From a virus (Duplodnaviria; Caudoviricetes), in the IMG/VR virus record IMGVR_UViG_3300010279_000001, positions 32,001 through 96,000 of that record: 64,000 bases of DNA. One strand, written 5' to 3'. Shown here piece by piece: positions 8,237 through 16,684 of the stretch (position 1 is its first letter; each line of letters starts with the position of its first letter). The position numbers were made by a program, and so were the translations under genes. The notes under the pieces were generated by a model that saw nothing but the letters and a program-made list of their open reading frames with translations, made no database searches and had not been told where the DNA came from.

Positions 8237-9148
8237 GAAGGCCTTCTCTTTTCTTTTACCGAGTAATTCGGGTTTTCTGTTCTCTTCGGTTTGAAGGGGT
8301 ATGGAGATACACCTGAGTGAACAGGGTGAACAACCGAATCTTTGGCTATGGCATTAGCATGGCGAAGCGAACGGGTGACGAAAGAGGGGCCGGAGGACAC
8401 CAGTCACTGCCATATGATATATGGGTGATAACCTGAAGAGTCTGAATAAGTGTTTAAGTACCAGTCAGAGGAAAAGGTGAATGGTAGCCGAAGGGGGAGG
8501 GGGGTTTCTTGTATCTTTAATTTGTATATTATGTATACACTCGTAAACCAATATCATATGAATCTGTTTACCACACAAAGCGGATAGAGACAAATATTAC
8601 CTATTAAACTTGAATTATTTATAGAAAATACCACAACACCACTTAAGTCTTTGATTTTACACAAAAATCTCACAGATATTCACCCTCCATATTTAACATA
8701 CTTGTAACATATTCCATACTCTACCTATCTGATCAATTTACCCAACCACATCCTTCATATTTTCCCTGTCTGTACCACCCCTGCCCCGCCGGGAGTCCCG
8801 TCACATCTGGCTTTCCTGCAAATATCACATCCACAAATATCATCACCTGAAGAGGGTTTCATCCCATAATACATGCCTTACCTGAAGAGCGCTTCATACA
8901 CCACGTAATTTTTTATTGACCCGCAATTTTTCTGACACATCCCCTCTTGCCCTATAAGAGTTTCACCGGGGGTGAAATCTGCCATGCAGACCCCCTGCCC
9001 CGCCGGAGGGGTTGGCTTTTCCCACACAGACCTGAAGAGTCAGCCAGAAATATCTGAAGGGGTCCGTTCTGCCACGATTTTGACCTGACCTACAGGAGTG
9101 CTTCCCTGTCAGGAGCCTGTAGCGACTGGAGTGCTGCCAGGCGGACGA

Positions 9149-9302
9149 AATGGGAATACTTCTCATTCTTATAATGATTCTCAAATATCGAGGCTGTTTA
9201 CGCGATTGATAGCTCTGACCGTTCACATAGTGGCATGGCTTTTGCAGGATCATTGTGTGGGTGCACCTGATAATTACTCTCATTGTGATAATAGTTCTCA
9301 TT
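9149..9302. promoter_or_regulatory. four Fur-box-like sites in two pairs
   Basis: 9149 AATGGGAATACTTCTCATT, 9167, 9266 CCTGATAATTACTCTCATT, 9284 TGTGATAATAGTTCTCATT versus the 9-1-9 consensus AATGAKAATNATTMTCATT. Confidence 0.65.
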
Positions 9303-9454
9303 ACACGGCATTTAACATAATACCCATTATGCGCACCACTGGCGATCCATACAGGGATTGATAACATGAGTTACAGTTTACGCATATAACAATCATATTT
9401 CTTACTATTTGTGTGGGATATAGTTAGCAGCCGATAGATTAGATATTGACCTGT

Positions 9455-9486
9455 GGACTTCCAACCGTCTAGACGTCTAAACGCCC
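9455..9486. promoter_or_regulatory. MetJ-operator-like array of four in-phase Met boxes
   Basis: GGACTTCC AACCGTCT AGACGTCT AAACGCCC versus consensus AGACGTCT. Confidence 0.6.
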
Positions 9487-9657
9487 ACACAACAAGGATT
9501 ATACATACATTACTGAATGTAAACAGGGCCGCAAAAATGCTACCATACCAGTTTGTAAATTTTTCATGCAGCACTTGACAAAGAGGAGGAAAACTTGTCT
9601 GACACTTTAGACACAATAGTGACATAATGGTGACACTGAACATAATTGACATGCCTG

Positions 9658-9807
9658 ACTGTTTACGCTGTCATTATCCACGCTAGTAATATTCACTCGC
9701 TTACTATTCACGCTCTTACTGTTTACATGCTTAATGGTTTACATGCTTAATAGACTGCATGTCTAATAGTTTACATAGCCAACTGTTCACGCATAGATTG
9801 TTTACTC
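9658..9807. repeat. degenerate tandem array of ten 15-16 bp units, core TRTTYAC
   Basis: Units start at 9658, 9673, 9688, 9703, 9718, 9733, 9749, 9765, 9781 and 9797. Confidence 0.8.
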
Positions 9808-9892
9808 AAAAATGATAAGCCATGCCATTCGTTTGCATGATAAAGATTAGCAAGTTAATAGTCTTTCACTGGCTATGATGACATAATATAAA

Positions 9893-9973
9893 AGCAGGGC
9901 AACTATTAGCAGATCTATAGTTGCCTTGCTTGTCATGTCATGATTGATTGATTATAAGGCAACTATAGATCTG
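9893..9973. repeat. nested inverted repeats of a GGCAACTAT motif
   Basis: 9893-9906/9917-9930 14-bp IR with one mismatch; 9910-9927/9956-9973 perfect 18-bp IR. Confidence 0.8.
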
Positions 9974-10682
9974 ATTAATAGATTGCAGACAAACTATCAC
10001 GGGGGTGATGGTTACTGCTTTTATATTATGTCGCGACTCCGTCGCGCCATGCCATTCGTTTGCATAGTTGCCTTATTGTTACTGATAAAACAATTGCATT
10101 GTTAATTATTTCTTATCTTTCTCTTAGTCATCTAATGATTCCAGTTAGTATAGTAATGTACAGTAAACATTAGACGACTAAAGATTTCTCTGCTTATGAT
10201 AACTTACCGTGACAATTACAGACTGTTTACGAAAAATGTTGACACCTGAGCTGATTTATGTTATGCAGTTTGCACGAATAATTATTTTATGCAGGTATTG
10301 ACTATTCCGTTATTCTACGGTTGGAATAAATACTTAGCATGCTATAGAATGGTGACGCTACGTGAATTCTGAGATTCTGCGGCTATAGTTATACCCGATT
10401 TTTCACGTAGAGCACGCTTTTGCAGTGGTGTAAGTGTATGACTTATAAGGGTTTTTAGTTGTTGACAAGATACTGAAGATGTGCATCAGGTTAAAATTTG
10501 TGCAATAGCGGCATTACGTGCAATTTTGAGAGGAAAAACGGGTAAAAATGGCCTTGCTACCACACAATGAAAGATTATGCAATAGTTATTTTCTATGCAT
10601 ATTTGTACAGTGGGGGTAATTGCTGGCTTGTCGATTATTCCACTTGCCAGGTGGGGCCGTTTGTGGTAGTGGAAGGATAGAC

Positions 10683-10708
10683 AAAAAGAAAGGGGCCTTT
10701 AAGCCCCT
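10683..10708 (-). terminator. intrinsic terminator ending the early region
   Basis: AAGGGGC-ttaaag-GCCCCTT plus U-tract on the - strand. Confidence 0.75.
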
Positions 10709-10728
10709 TGATAGTTTAAGTTAAGAGA

Positions 10729-11148
10729 TTATAATGCTTCATAGATTTCATAGATTCGATTTGCCAGGTCGTTACGGTAACGGAATTTTTCATCACGTTT
10801 GATCATCAGGTCTTTGAAGCCGAACTCTTTCAGCGCTTCATTAACTTTGTGGCGGCTAACCACCATGTTATCCTGAGCGTCACCAATAAACTTGTTGCTA
10901 TGTTGCATTGCTTTAATTTCTTCTTCCAGGACCAGGGCAACTATGCGGACCGGATCAAGCTGATATGCGGTAACATCCATGCGGCATTGTAAACGGCTTT
11001 TAACGTCTGCCACCGGATATACTGCAACCTCTTCCCCGTCAACATTTACAATAACCAGTTTGCCATCAATTTCAAAACCTTTTGCGGCGGGGCCGTGGCA
11101 AAAAGCGTTATCAAAGCTGTATGCAGGATTGTTAGATTTAATGTTCAT
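10729..11148 (-). CDS. early hypothetical protein
   Basis: GAGGT RBS; own promoter at 11195-11223. Confidence 0.8.
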   Translation of the reverse strand: MNIKSNNPAYSFDNAFCHGPAAKGFEIDGKLVIVNVDGEEVAVYPVADVKSRLQCRMDVTAYQLDPVRIVALVLEEEIKAMQHSNKFIGDAQDNMVVSRHKVNEALKEFGFKDLMIKRDEKFRYRNDLANRIYEIYEAL

Positions 11149-11284
11149 GGTGTTTACCTCTTAGTTAATTTTCTTACAACTTCCCTTCAAAAAGAATATA
11201 GCAAAACTGCCGATCCCTGTCAACAAGGGATAGCATAATTTTTGTGTGGGCAATAGGGGCCGTAGCCCCTGGTTGTATCGCCTG

Positions 11285-11548
11285 TTATTTGTTATTCATC
11301 CAGTTTTCCCAAGATGCCTGATACTCGGCCTCACTGCGGCGGATCTCTTCTTGTTCTGCAAGGCGGATCTCTTCTTCCAGGTAGCCTAAGATGTCAGCTT
11401 TTTTGGTCTGGCGTAACATCCAATCGTCCTTTTTGCGAGTAAAGATTTTATATGCTTTCTCACAAACTTCTTTTTTGCTACCTTTCTGTACTTCAAGGAT
11501 ACGGTAGGCCATGTATTGAACTAATTTAAGTTGGTCGATACGTTTCAT
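11285..11548 (-). CDS. early hypothetical protein
   Basis: GAGGA RBS. Confidence 0.8.
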   Translation of the reverse strand: MKRIDQLKLVQYMAYRILEVQKGSKKEVCEKAYKIFTRKKDDWMLRQTKKADILGYLEEEIRLAEQEEIRRSEAEYQASWENWMNNK

Positions 11549-11607
11549 GATGTTTTCCTCTTTTGTGGTCTTGATTAGTGGGCCTTTCGGCCCGTGTCAT
11601 TATCTTA

Positions 11608-11880
11608 TTACTTACGGCGGCAGAATTCAAGGGTTTTTAATTGATAATCTTCCTCGGCCTGGAGTACAACCGCCTCGATCATTTCGTTGGCATTGTTGAA
11701 GCCATAACCTTTAGCGAACTCATCCGCACCACCTTTGTGATCATGTTCTGCGTTCATCGCTTCCACAAAATGGAATTCCAGATTGTTAAGGTATGGGCTT
11801 GATGTTCCGTCCTCTTTTTCGATGAGATCCCAAATAGCGTTAAAACGTGATTCAACTTCTTGATTAATCCAGCTTGCCAT
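11608..11880 (-). CDS. early acidic hypothetical protein
   Basis: GAGGA RBS, leader hairpin, promoter. Confidence 0.8.
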   Translation of the reverse strand: MASWINQEVESRFNAIWDLIEKEDGTSSPYLNNLEFHFVEAMNAEHDHKGGADEFAKGYGFNNANEMIEAVVLQAEEDYQLKTLEFCRRK

Positions 11881-11984
11881 AATATTTTCCTCTCTCCTGG
11901 TTGTTGTGTGGGCACCTTTGCCCCTTCAAAACAAATGTTACCCTACCTCCTGGCAGGTGTCAACGGTTTTTATGGTTTTTATAT

Positions 11985-12033
11985 GGCAGGCAGGCCCGGT
12001 GGTTGTCTCCCCCTGTCGCCAGGTGCCTGCCGT
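11985..12033 (-). ncRNA. putative promoter-driven hairpin RNA, copy 1 (GGGAGACAA family)
   Basis: Starts 7 nt after TG-T-TATACT; GGCAGGC/GCCTGCC stem; similar copies at 21618 and 21772. Confidence 0.5.
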
Positions 12034-12091
12034 AAAACAAGTATAACAAAAAACAGGACCATTGCAAGCCCTGTTTTATAGTTTATAAGGA

Positions 12092-12283
12092 CTATATTTT
12101 TTCGCCTATATAGTCCGGTCTGTTTTTCTCTGTCATGCGCTTAATCAATTCTTGCACAATACATATTGCGGTCAATGTCTCGTCTTCGCGCTTTGAGTCA
12201 ACATAATCAGGATCGTTTATAACTTTTGTCTGATTATGATATCTCAATACTGCCAACACTTTTACAGCTTCATCAGTGGTCAT
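12092..12283 (-). CDS. early hypothetical protein
   Basis: AGGTG RBS. Confidence 0.7.
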   Translation of the reverse strand: MTTDEAVKVLAVLRYHNQTKVINDPDYVDSKREDETLTAICIVQELIKRMTEKNRPDYIGEKI

Positions 12284-12291
12284 TATCGCAC

Positions 12292-12426
12292 CTAAAACAA
12301 TGAGTTAATATAGGACACCAGATCGCTAACAGCCAGAACAATACTGATTAAAACATGTTTCACCATGATGGGCAGCATTGCCAGGGCCGCCAGGATCGCT
12401 ATTGCAATAACTGTATTTTTCATCAT
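12292..12426 (-). CDS. 44-aa membrane peptide
   Basis: Manual translation MMKNTVIAIAILAALAMLPIMVKHVLISIVLAV... Confidence 0.55.
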   Translation of the reverse strand: MMKNTVIAIAILAALAMLPIMVKHVLISIVLAVSDLVSYINSLF

Positions 12427-12428
12427 AT

Positions 12429-12710
12429 CTAGCGGCTTACATAGGTTTTACTATTTACAGTCATGGGGATGACTTTAAGATCTGGATCTTCTTGAAGGTC
12501 GCGGACTATTTCGCCGCACCGTGGGCCTTCATATCCTTGATACTCTGTTTCACCGTTTGCGTGATGGATAACAGCCAGGCACATCTTATAATTTACACCT
12601 ATGCTATTAACAGCCTTGATATCGACGAAGTCTATAGCTTTCGGCAATTCTTTTGCTGCCATGGAACAGGTGGAAGTTAAAAGGGCAATAATTGCAATCA
12701 TCTTTTTCAT
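12429..12710 (-). CDS. secreted/periplasmic hypothetical protein
   Basis: Signal peptide MKKMIAIIALLTSTCSMA; GAGGA RBS. Confidence 0.75.
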   Translation of the reverse strand: MKKMIAIIALLTSTCSMAAKELPKAIDFVDIKAVNSIGVNYKMCLAVIHHANGETEYQGYEGPRCGEIVRDLQEDPDLKVIPMTVNSKTYVSR

Positions 12711-12759
12711 GGTGTCTATCCTCTTTCTATTGCGGGGGCGTTACCACTTCGTTTATGGT

Positions 12760-12996
12760 TTATTGATTGATGTTATAATGAAAGTTATTTTCTTCAATAA
12801 CTTTTAAAATAAAAGCCGTGATCGCTTTCGTGTCTACTTGTTCGAACGTATCGGAATAGCACCAATAATGATCATCCCCTACTTTCGGCGGGTAAACCTG
12901 GACAAGGAGATCGCCACCTGGTTGATCTATAATCTCAACATGCAAGCCGGATGATTCAGCGGTTTTAACGGCGGTTAATACTGTTGCAATACTCAT
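12760..12996 (-). CDS. early hypothetical protein
   Basis: AAGGA RBS. Confidence 0.75.
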   Translation of the reverse strand: MSIATVLTAVKTAESSGLHVEIIDQPGGDLLVQVYPPKVGDDHYWCYSDTFEQVDTKAITAFILKVIEENNFHYNINQ

Positions 12997-13076
12997 AATC
13001 TTTTCCTTTCCGATGTGGGGGCGTTGCCTTATTGCCCCGCCCTACGAAATACATTCTATCAGATAACAAATTATCG

Positions 13077-13223
13077 TTAAGATTTATTTTTTACTTCCCA
13101 AACGGAAAATTCACTACCTATCGGGAGCATTCTTTTAATCTTGTTTGCTGCCGCTACCAGATCCACGGCTTGCACTGTAATAATATAACCAATTGTCGAG
13201 GCTGTTGCGTTGAAAGTTTTCAT
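13077..13223 (-). CDS. early hypothetical protein
   Basis: GAGGA RBS before ATG 13223. Confidence 0.7.
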   Translation of the reverse strand: MKTFNATASTIGYIITVQAVDLVAAANKIKRMLPIGSEFSVWEVKNKS

Positions 13224-13294
13224 TATATTATCCTCTAATCCAGGCCGCCCTACGTGATACATCTTACACTATTTGAAAATGTTGTCAAACTATT

Positions 13295-13474
13295 TTAACG
13301 ATAATCATCATATGCTTTATTTACCTGGCGAATATAACATTCAAAAGCCAGATCAATAGATTCATATTCACGGATATATTCACCATAGGAAACCACGTAC
13401 ATCTTTATAGCTTCCTCATATACTAGGAGAATAGAATCTAACCCTACGATCTCAGTCTTTGCAATAATAGCCAT
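13295..13474 (-). CDS. 59-aa early hypothetical protein
   Basis: GAGGA RBS; manual translation MAIIAKTEIVG... Confidence 0.7.
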   Translation of the reverse strand: MAIIAKTEIVGLDSILLVYEEAIKMYVVSYGEYIREYESIDLAFECYIRQVNKAYDDYR

Positions 13475-13549
13475 GATTTTTATCCTCTTTGTGGTTGGCG
13501 GGGCTTGTTGCCCCCTTTGATTTATATATTACAGTTTTATATGGTCATG

Positions 13550-13783
13550 TCAACTATTTTCAAAAAATTTTTCTGCTGTGATATTTTTCCCGGTAGGGTT
13601 CGCTACTTTCAAAATTCTATCATGCACCGGACGCCCGAAAGAATAAGATCCGTATACAGTAAACCAATAATCACCGTCAGGCTGTACTATTACCGCCGCA
13701 TATGGTACGCCTTTTTCGTTATTGCTCACAAAATAGATCACATTGCCATTAATAGCCTCAGCGCGTTTAATTTGTTCCATCAT
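13550..13783 (-). CDS. early hypothetical protein
   Basis: GAGGT RBS. Confidence 0.75.
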   Translation of the reverse strand: MMEQIKRAEAINGNVIYFVSNNEKGVPYAAVIVQPDGDYWFTVYGSYSFGRPVHDRILKVANPTGKNITAEKFFENS

Positions 13784-13845
13784 GATAATTTACCTCTTTT
13801 TATTTTCATAATCTCAGGTTAGGGGCCTTATCGGCCCCTCCAGGC

Positions 13846-14130
13846 TTATTTATTGATAGCGTGCAGCGGGAAAGGTACGCCAGGTTGATAAATAACTTTT
13901 ACAACCTCATCAGGGCAAAAGAAGTTGCAGAACTCACCCCGATAAGCTTCCTCTTCTTTCAATTCGTCATCAACATACTCGAAAAAATAATCTACGCTTG
14001 GATAGTCCTGCCCTGGGTTGTAGTCAACCATTGTAAGCACCAGTTCAAGATCATTGCGGATGATATGCATACCCGCTTTTAAATATTTTGCTTCCATTTT
14101 TACTACATCGCCAGCGGTAACAATAGCCAT
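13846..14130 (-). CDS. early hypothetical protein
   Basis: AGGAG RBS. Confidence 0.8.
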   Translation of the reverse strand: MAIVTAGDVVKMEAKYLKAGMHIIRNDLELVLTMVDYNPGQDYPSVDYFFEYVDDELKEEEAYRGEFCNFFCPDEVVKVIYQPGVPFPLHAINK

Positions 14131-14334
14131 GGTTTTAACTCCTGTTCAGGTTAATGATTGATTGGAGGCATCACCTCCTGACAACTCCTATTATCCACAT
14201 TGTCAGGCTTGATGCAAGCAATTATTTAAAAAATTTTTAAGCGCCCTGGAGGCTGTTGTAACGCCAAAATAATAAAGGCTATGCAATCGCATAGCCAATA
14301 GGTGATTATGTTGCTGTAGGCCCTGCCAGGGGCC

Positions 14335-14685
14335 TTATTTTGCATTCTTGCCTGTATTGCCGCCACGGTACCAGCGTTTACGGTGAAAATGGTAATAATC
14401 TCCATCAGCATTGAACATCAGATGATTTTCAATAACCAGTTTACGAAGGTGGGCCGGATCTTGTTCCATTCTTGCCAGATTCCGGCGGCTGTTACGTAAG
14501 CGGATAAACTCCATATTCAGGCCGTTGATCGCAGTATGGATGTCAAAGTAACCACCTTTAAGACGTTCACGCATGGCGTTAAGTTCGGAACTGTATACAG
14601 ATTTTTCACAAATCAGGGCATTAGCCAGGGCGCGGACCTTGGCAAGGGGGTTAAGCTCATTAAGGTAATATAGTTTAACTTTCAT
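14335..14685 (-). CDS. early hypothetical protein
   Basis: AGGTG RBS. Confidence 0.75.
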   Translation of the reverse strand: MKVKLYYLNELNPLAKVRALANALICEKSVYSSELNAMRERLKGGYFDIHTAINGLNMEFIRLRNSRRNLARMEQDPAHLRKLVIENHLMFNADGDYYHFHRKRWYRGGNTGKNAK

Positions 14686-14702
14686 AAAATCACCTGCTGA
14701 AA

Positions 14703-15008
14703 TTAGTTTGAGAAAACATCGTTCACAATAGCTATAACAATGCCGTTCACCTTGTCACGGTCAACAATACACAAATCACCATAAATCATGTGGTAGTCTG
14801 GATGATCTTTGACAGAGTAGTCAATCAATGTTTTCTTATCGTCCAGCTTTTTAACTTCCATGGTCATTGTGATGAATTGCTCGTTAAAAGCGCTATTGCG
14901 GAAGACCATCACTTGACCGCCTTGACATCCAGTGATCTCCACTTCCACGCCGTCTACGATCTGACCATCAAAGAAATAAAGATTATTGGCAGGTATAAAC
15001 ATAATCAT
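14703..15008 (-). CDS. early hypothetical protein
   Basis: AAGGAG RBS. Confidence 0.8.
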   Translation of the reverse strand: MIMFIPANNLYFFDGQIVDGVEVEITGCQGGQVMVFRNSAFNEQFITMTMEVKKLDDKKTLIDYSVKDHPDYHMIYGDLCIVDRDKVNGIVIAIVNDVFSN

Positions 15009-15045
15009 TGCTCCTTTCGGTACTGATTATTTAACAGGGTTTAAA

Positions 15046-15089
15046 TTTACTTTATTGATGGCCCTGGTGTCAAGGCCATCTAAAAATAA
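15046..15089. repeat. 44-bp long-stem hairpin repeat, copy 1 (RNase III-site-like)
   Basis: Identical to 19333-19376; variant at 19965-20010. Confidence 0.85.
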
Positions 15090-15091
15090 AT

Positions 15092-15292
15092 TTATAAGCC
15101 TACAATCTCTTTGATTCGTCTAACTGCTGCCTCAGCGCCTTGAGGATAGAAATTATGGTAACCAATCACGCGAGTGATACTAATAGCCGCTTGATGATCT
15201 TCATAATCGCCTTTGAAGATTTCTTGACCATCAACCAGAACAGCCAGTTTTTCATCTTTTTTGAAGTTGATAACGCGGATATTCTTGCTCAT
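15092..15292 (-). CDS. early hypothetical protein
   Basis: AAGGAG RBS before ATG 15292. Confidence 0.8.
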   Translation of the reverse strand: MSKNIRVINFKKDEKLAVLVDGQEIFKGDYEDHQAAISITRVIGYHNFYPQGAEAAVRRIKEIVGL

Positions 15293-15435
15293 TTTTCTTT
15301 CTCCTTTCCAGGTCTTTGTTTGTGTAGTGGGGATGTCTCCCCGTTGATTGTTATTATCCACATTGCGGACCGGATTGCAACATTCTGGAAGAAAAATTTT
15401 TGAAAAAGTTAAGCCCCCATGATCGGGGGCCGTTA

Positions 15436-15558
15436 TCAGTTACTTACAGCTATAAAGTACATTCCCACGCCTAGCAATATTTCAAGGGCGATGATCTCCA
15501 GCCATACTATAACATGTTGCACCTTGCCGCCAGGCTTAGGCTTATCCTTGGTTGTCAT
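15436..15558 (-). CDS. 40-aa membrane peptide
   Basis: GGGAG RBS; MTTKDKPKPGGKVQHVIVWLEIIALEILLGVGMYFIAVSN. Confidence 0.6.
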   Translation of the reverse strand: MTTKDKPKPGGKVQHVIVWLEIIALEILLGVGMYFIAVSN

Positions 15559-15667
15559 CGTCTCCCCCTTTCATTTTGTTGGTGATGACGTGATTTGCAA
15601 TGGCCCCCAGGAGGCCTATCACTACGCACATTGCGAGAAAAATTATTTCTACCGTTGTTCGATCCAT
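15542..15667 (-). CDS. small membrane peptide
   Basis: GAGGA RBS; MDRTTVEIIFLAMCVVIGLLGAIA... Confidence 0.6.
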   Translation of the reverse strand: MDRTTVEIIFLAMCVVIGLLGAIANHVITNKMKGGDDDNQG

Positions 15668-15789
15668 TGTTATAAAATTCCTCAAGGTCAGGTTTGAAAA
15701 TAAACTCTTCGGTGTCGAATCCATCACGCCAGGCGGCTGGCTTCAGATCTTTACTAAAGGGATTAATTAGCGCGGCATTGTTGAGACGG

Positions 15790-16149
15790 TTAGCCCACAT
15801 ATTTTCTATTTCTCTCAAATAAGCGATCCGCTTCAGTTAAACATATTTCATGGGCCTGATCTCTGGTTTTAGCCTCATCAAAAACTTGTTGTGCCAGGCT
15901 GCAGCGCAAGGAGACTGGAAGATCGCTATAATAGGCATTAACAAAAGTTTGTGCGTCATACAAGTCTGAAAATACTTTACCCTTTCTATTATTGCCATTG
16001 TCAACAATTGCAAGGATGACCAGTATAATAGTTGCAACCACTCCCAGGAAAATAGATATAACAAACCATAAGAAAGCTGACCTGCCTATCTTGCCAGCGA
16101 TCCAGGCGTTAAACAAGGCAACTAATACAGCTAAAATAATAAATTCCAT
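15790..16149 (-). CDS. two-TM membrane protein
   Basis: GAGGT RBS; two hydrophobic helices. Confidence 0.75.
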   Translation of the reverse strand: MEFIILAVLVALFNAWIAGKIGRSAFLWFVISIFLGVVATIILVILAIVDNGNNRKGKVFSDLYDAQTFVNAYYSDLPVSLRCSLAQQVFDEAKTRDQAHEICLTEADRLFERNRKYVG

Positions 16150-16213
16150 TCTATGTACCTCTCTTACATTTCTACTTAACAATAAGGCGGCAAATATGCC
16201 GCCTGTTGCCTGG

Positions 16214-16594
16214 TTAAAAGTTATCGCCGTAAATTTTACCGCTTTCTACCCATACCACAACACGCGGCATATTATCCCATACATCTTGTTTTAGATTGAG
16301 GGAGTGCAATTCTTCGGTGGTGCTCATACCTGGCACGGGTTGATTGTATACTGCAAAACGACCGCCTGCATAATCATAAGCCAGAGTTAAATCACACTGG
16401 ATCATCTTTTTGATCATGGCGTTAAGCATAGCGGTAGCCGCATGCTGGTCACGTTTTAAAGGTAACGCTTTAATCAGTTTGCGATAGTTTTCGATATGGT
16501 CGCACACTGTTTCACGTGGAAGATCTTTCATATCTTCACGGAAGGTAACCAGGTTAAACATAACAGTGTCAATAGCTTTCGCGGTGTTTTTCAT
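16214..16594 (-). CDS. early hypothetical protein
   Basis: GAGGA RBS, leader hairpin, promoter. Confidence 0.8.
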   Translation of the reverse strand: MKNTAKAIDTVMFNLVTFREDMKDLPRETVCDHIENYRKLIKALPLKRDQHAATAMLNAMIKKMIQCDLTLAYDYAGGRFAVYNQPVPGMSTTEELHSLNLKQDVWDNMPRVVVWVESGKIYGDNF

Positions 16595-16684
16595 AATGTT
16601 ATCCTCTTCGTTTTGTGTGGGGGCAAACGTCTTGCCCCCTTGAGTTTTAATATAGCACGTTTTTAGATTATTGCAACACTTTAC

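Larger units (their letters stand above)
8240..10680. other. ~2.4-kb gene-free, repeat-rich block between convergent transcription regions
   Basis: No ORF with a convincing RBS or phage-like composition; dense direct and inverted repeats. Confidence 0.8.

Noticed and set aside
7761-9060. CTGAAGA repeats as hammerhead ribozyme cores
   Set aside because: No copy has a proper stem II closed directly before GAAA with stems I and III in register. The best case at 7778 has extra bases and only a 2-bp stem II.
9514-9527. LexA box
   Set aside because: CTG-N8-CAG spacing instead of the required CTG-N10-CAG.
8200-9652. ORFs 8200..8400, 8963..9367, 9098..9361 and 9371..9652
   Set aside because: No convincing RBS, atypical composition, and they overlap repeat arrays.
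9658-9807. CRISPR-like mini-array
   Set aside because: Units are 15-16 bp, degenerate and contiguous, with no unique spacers and no cas genes.
15555-15818. 87-aa ORF between two membrane genes
   Set aside because: It overlaps a better-supported peptide ORF over much of its length; left uncalled, though its 5' part may be real.
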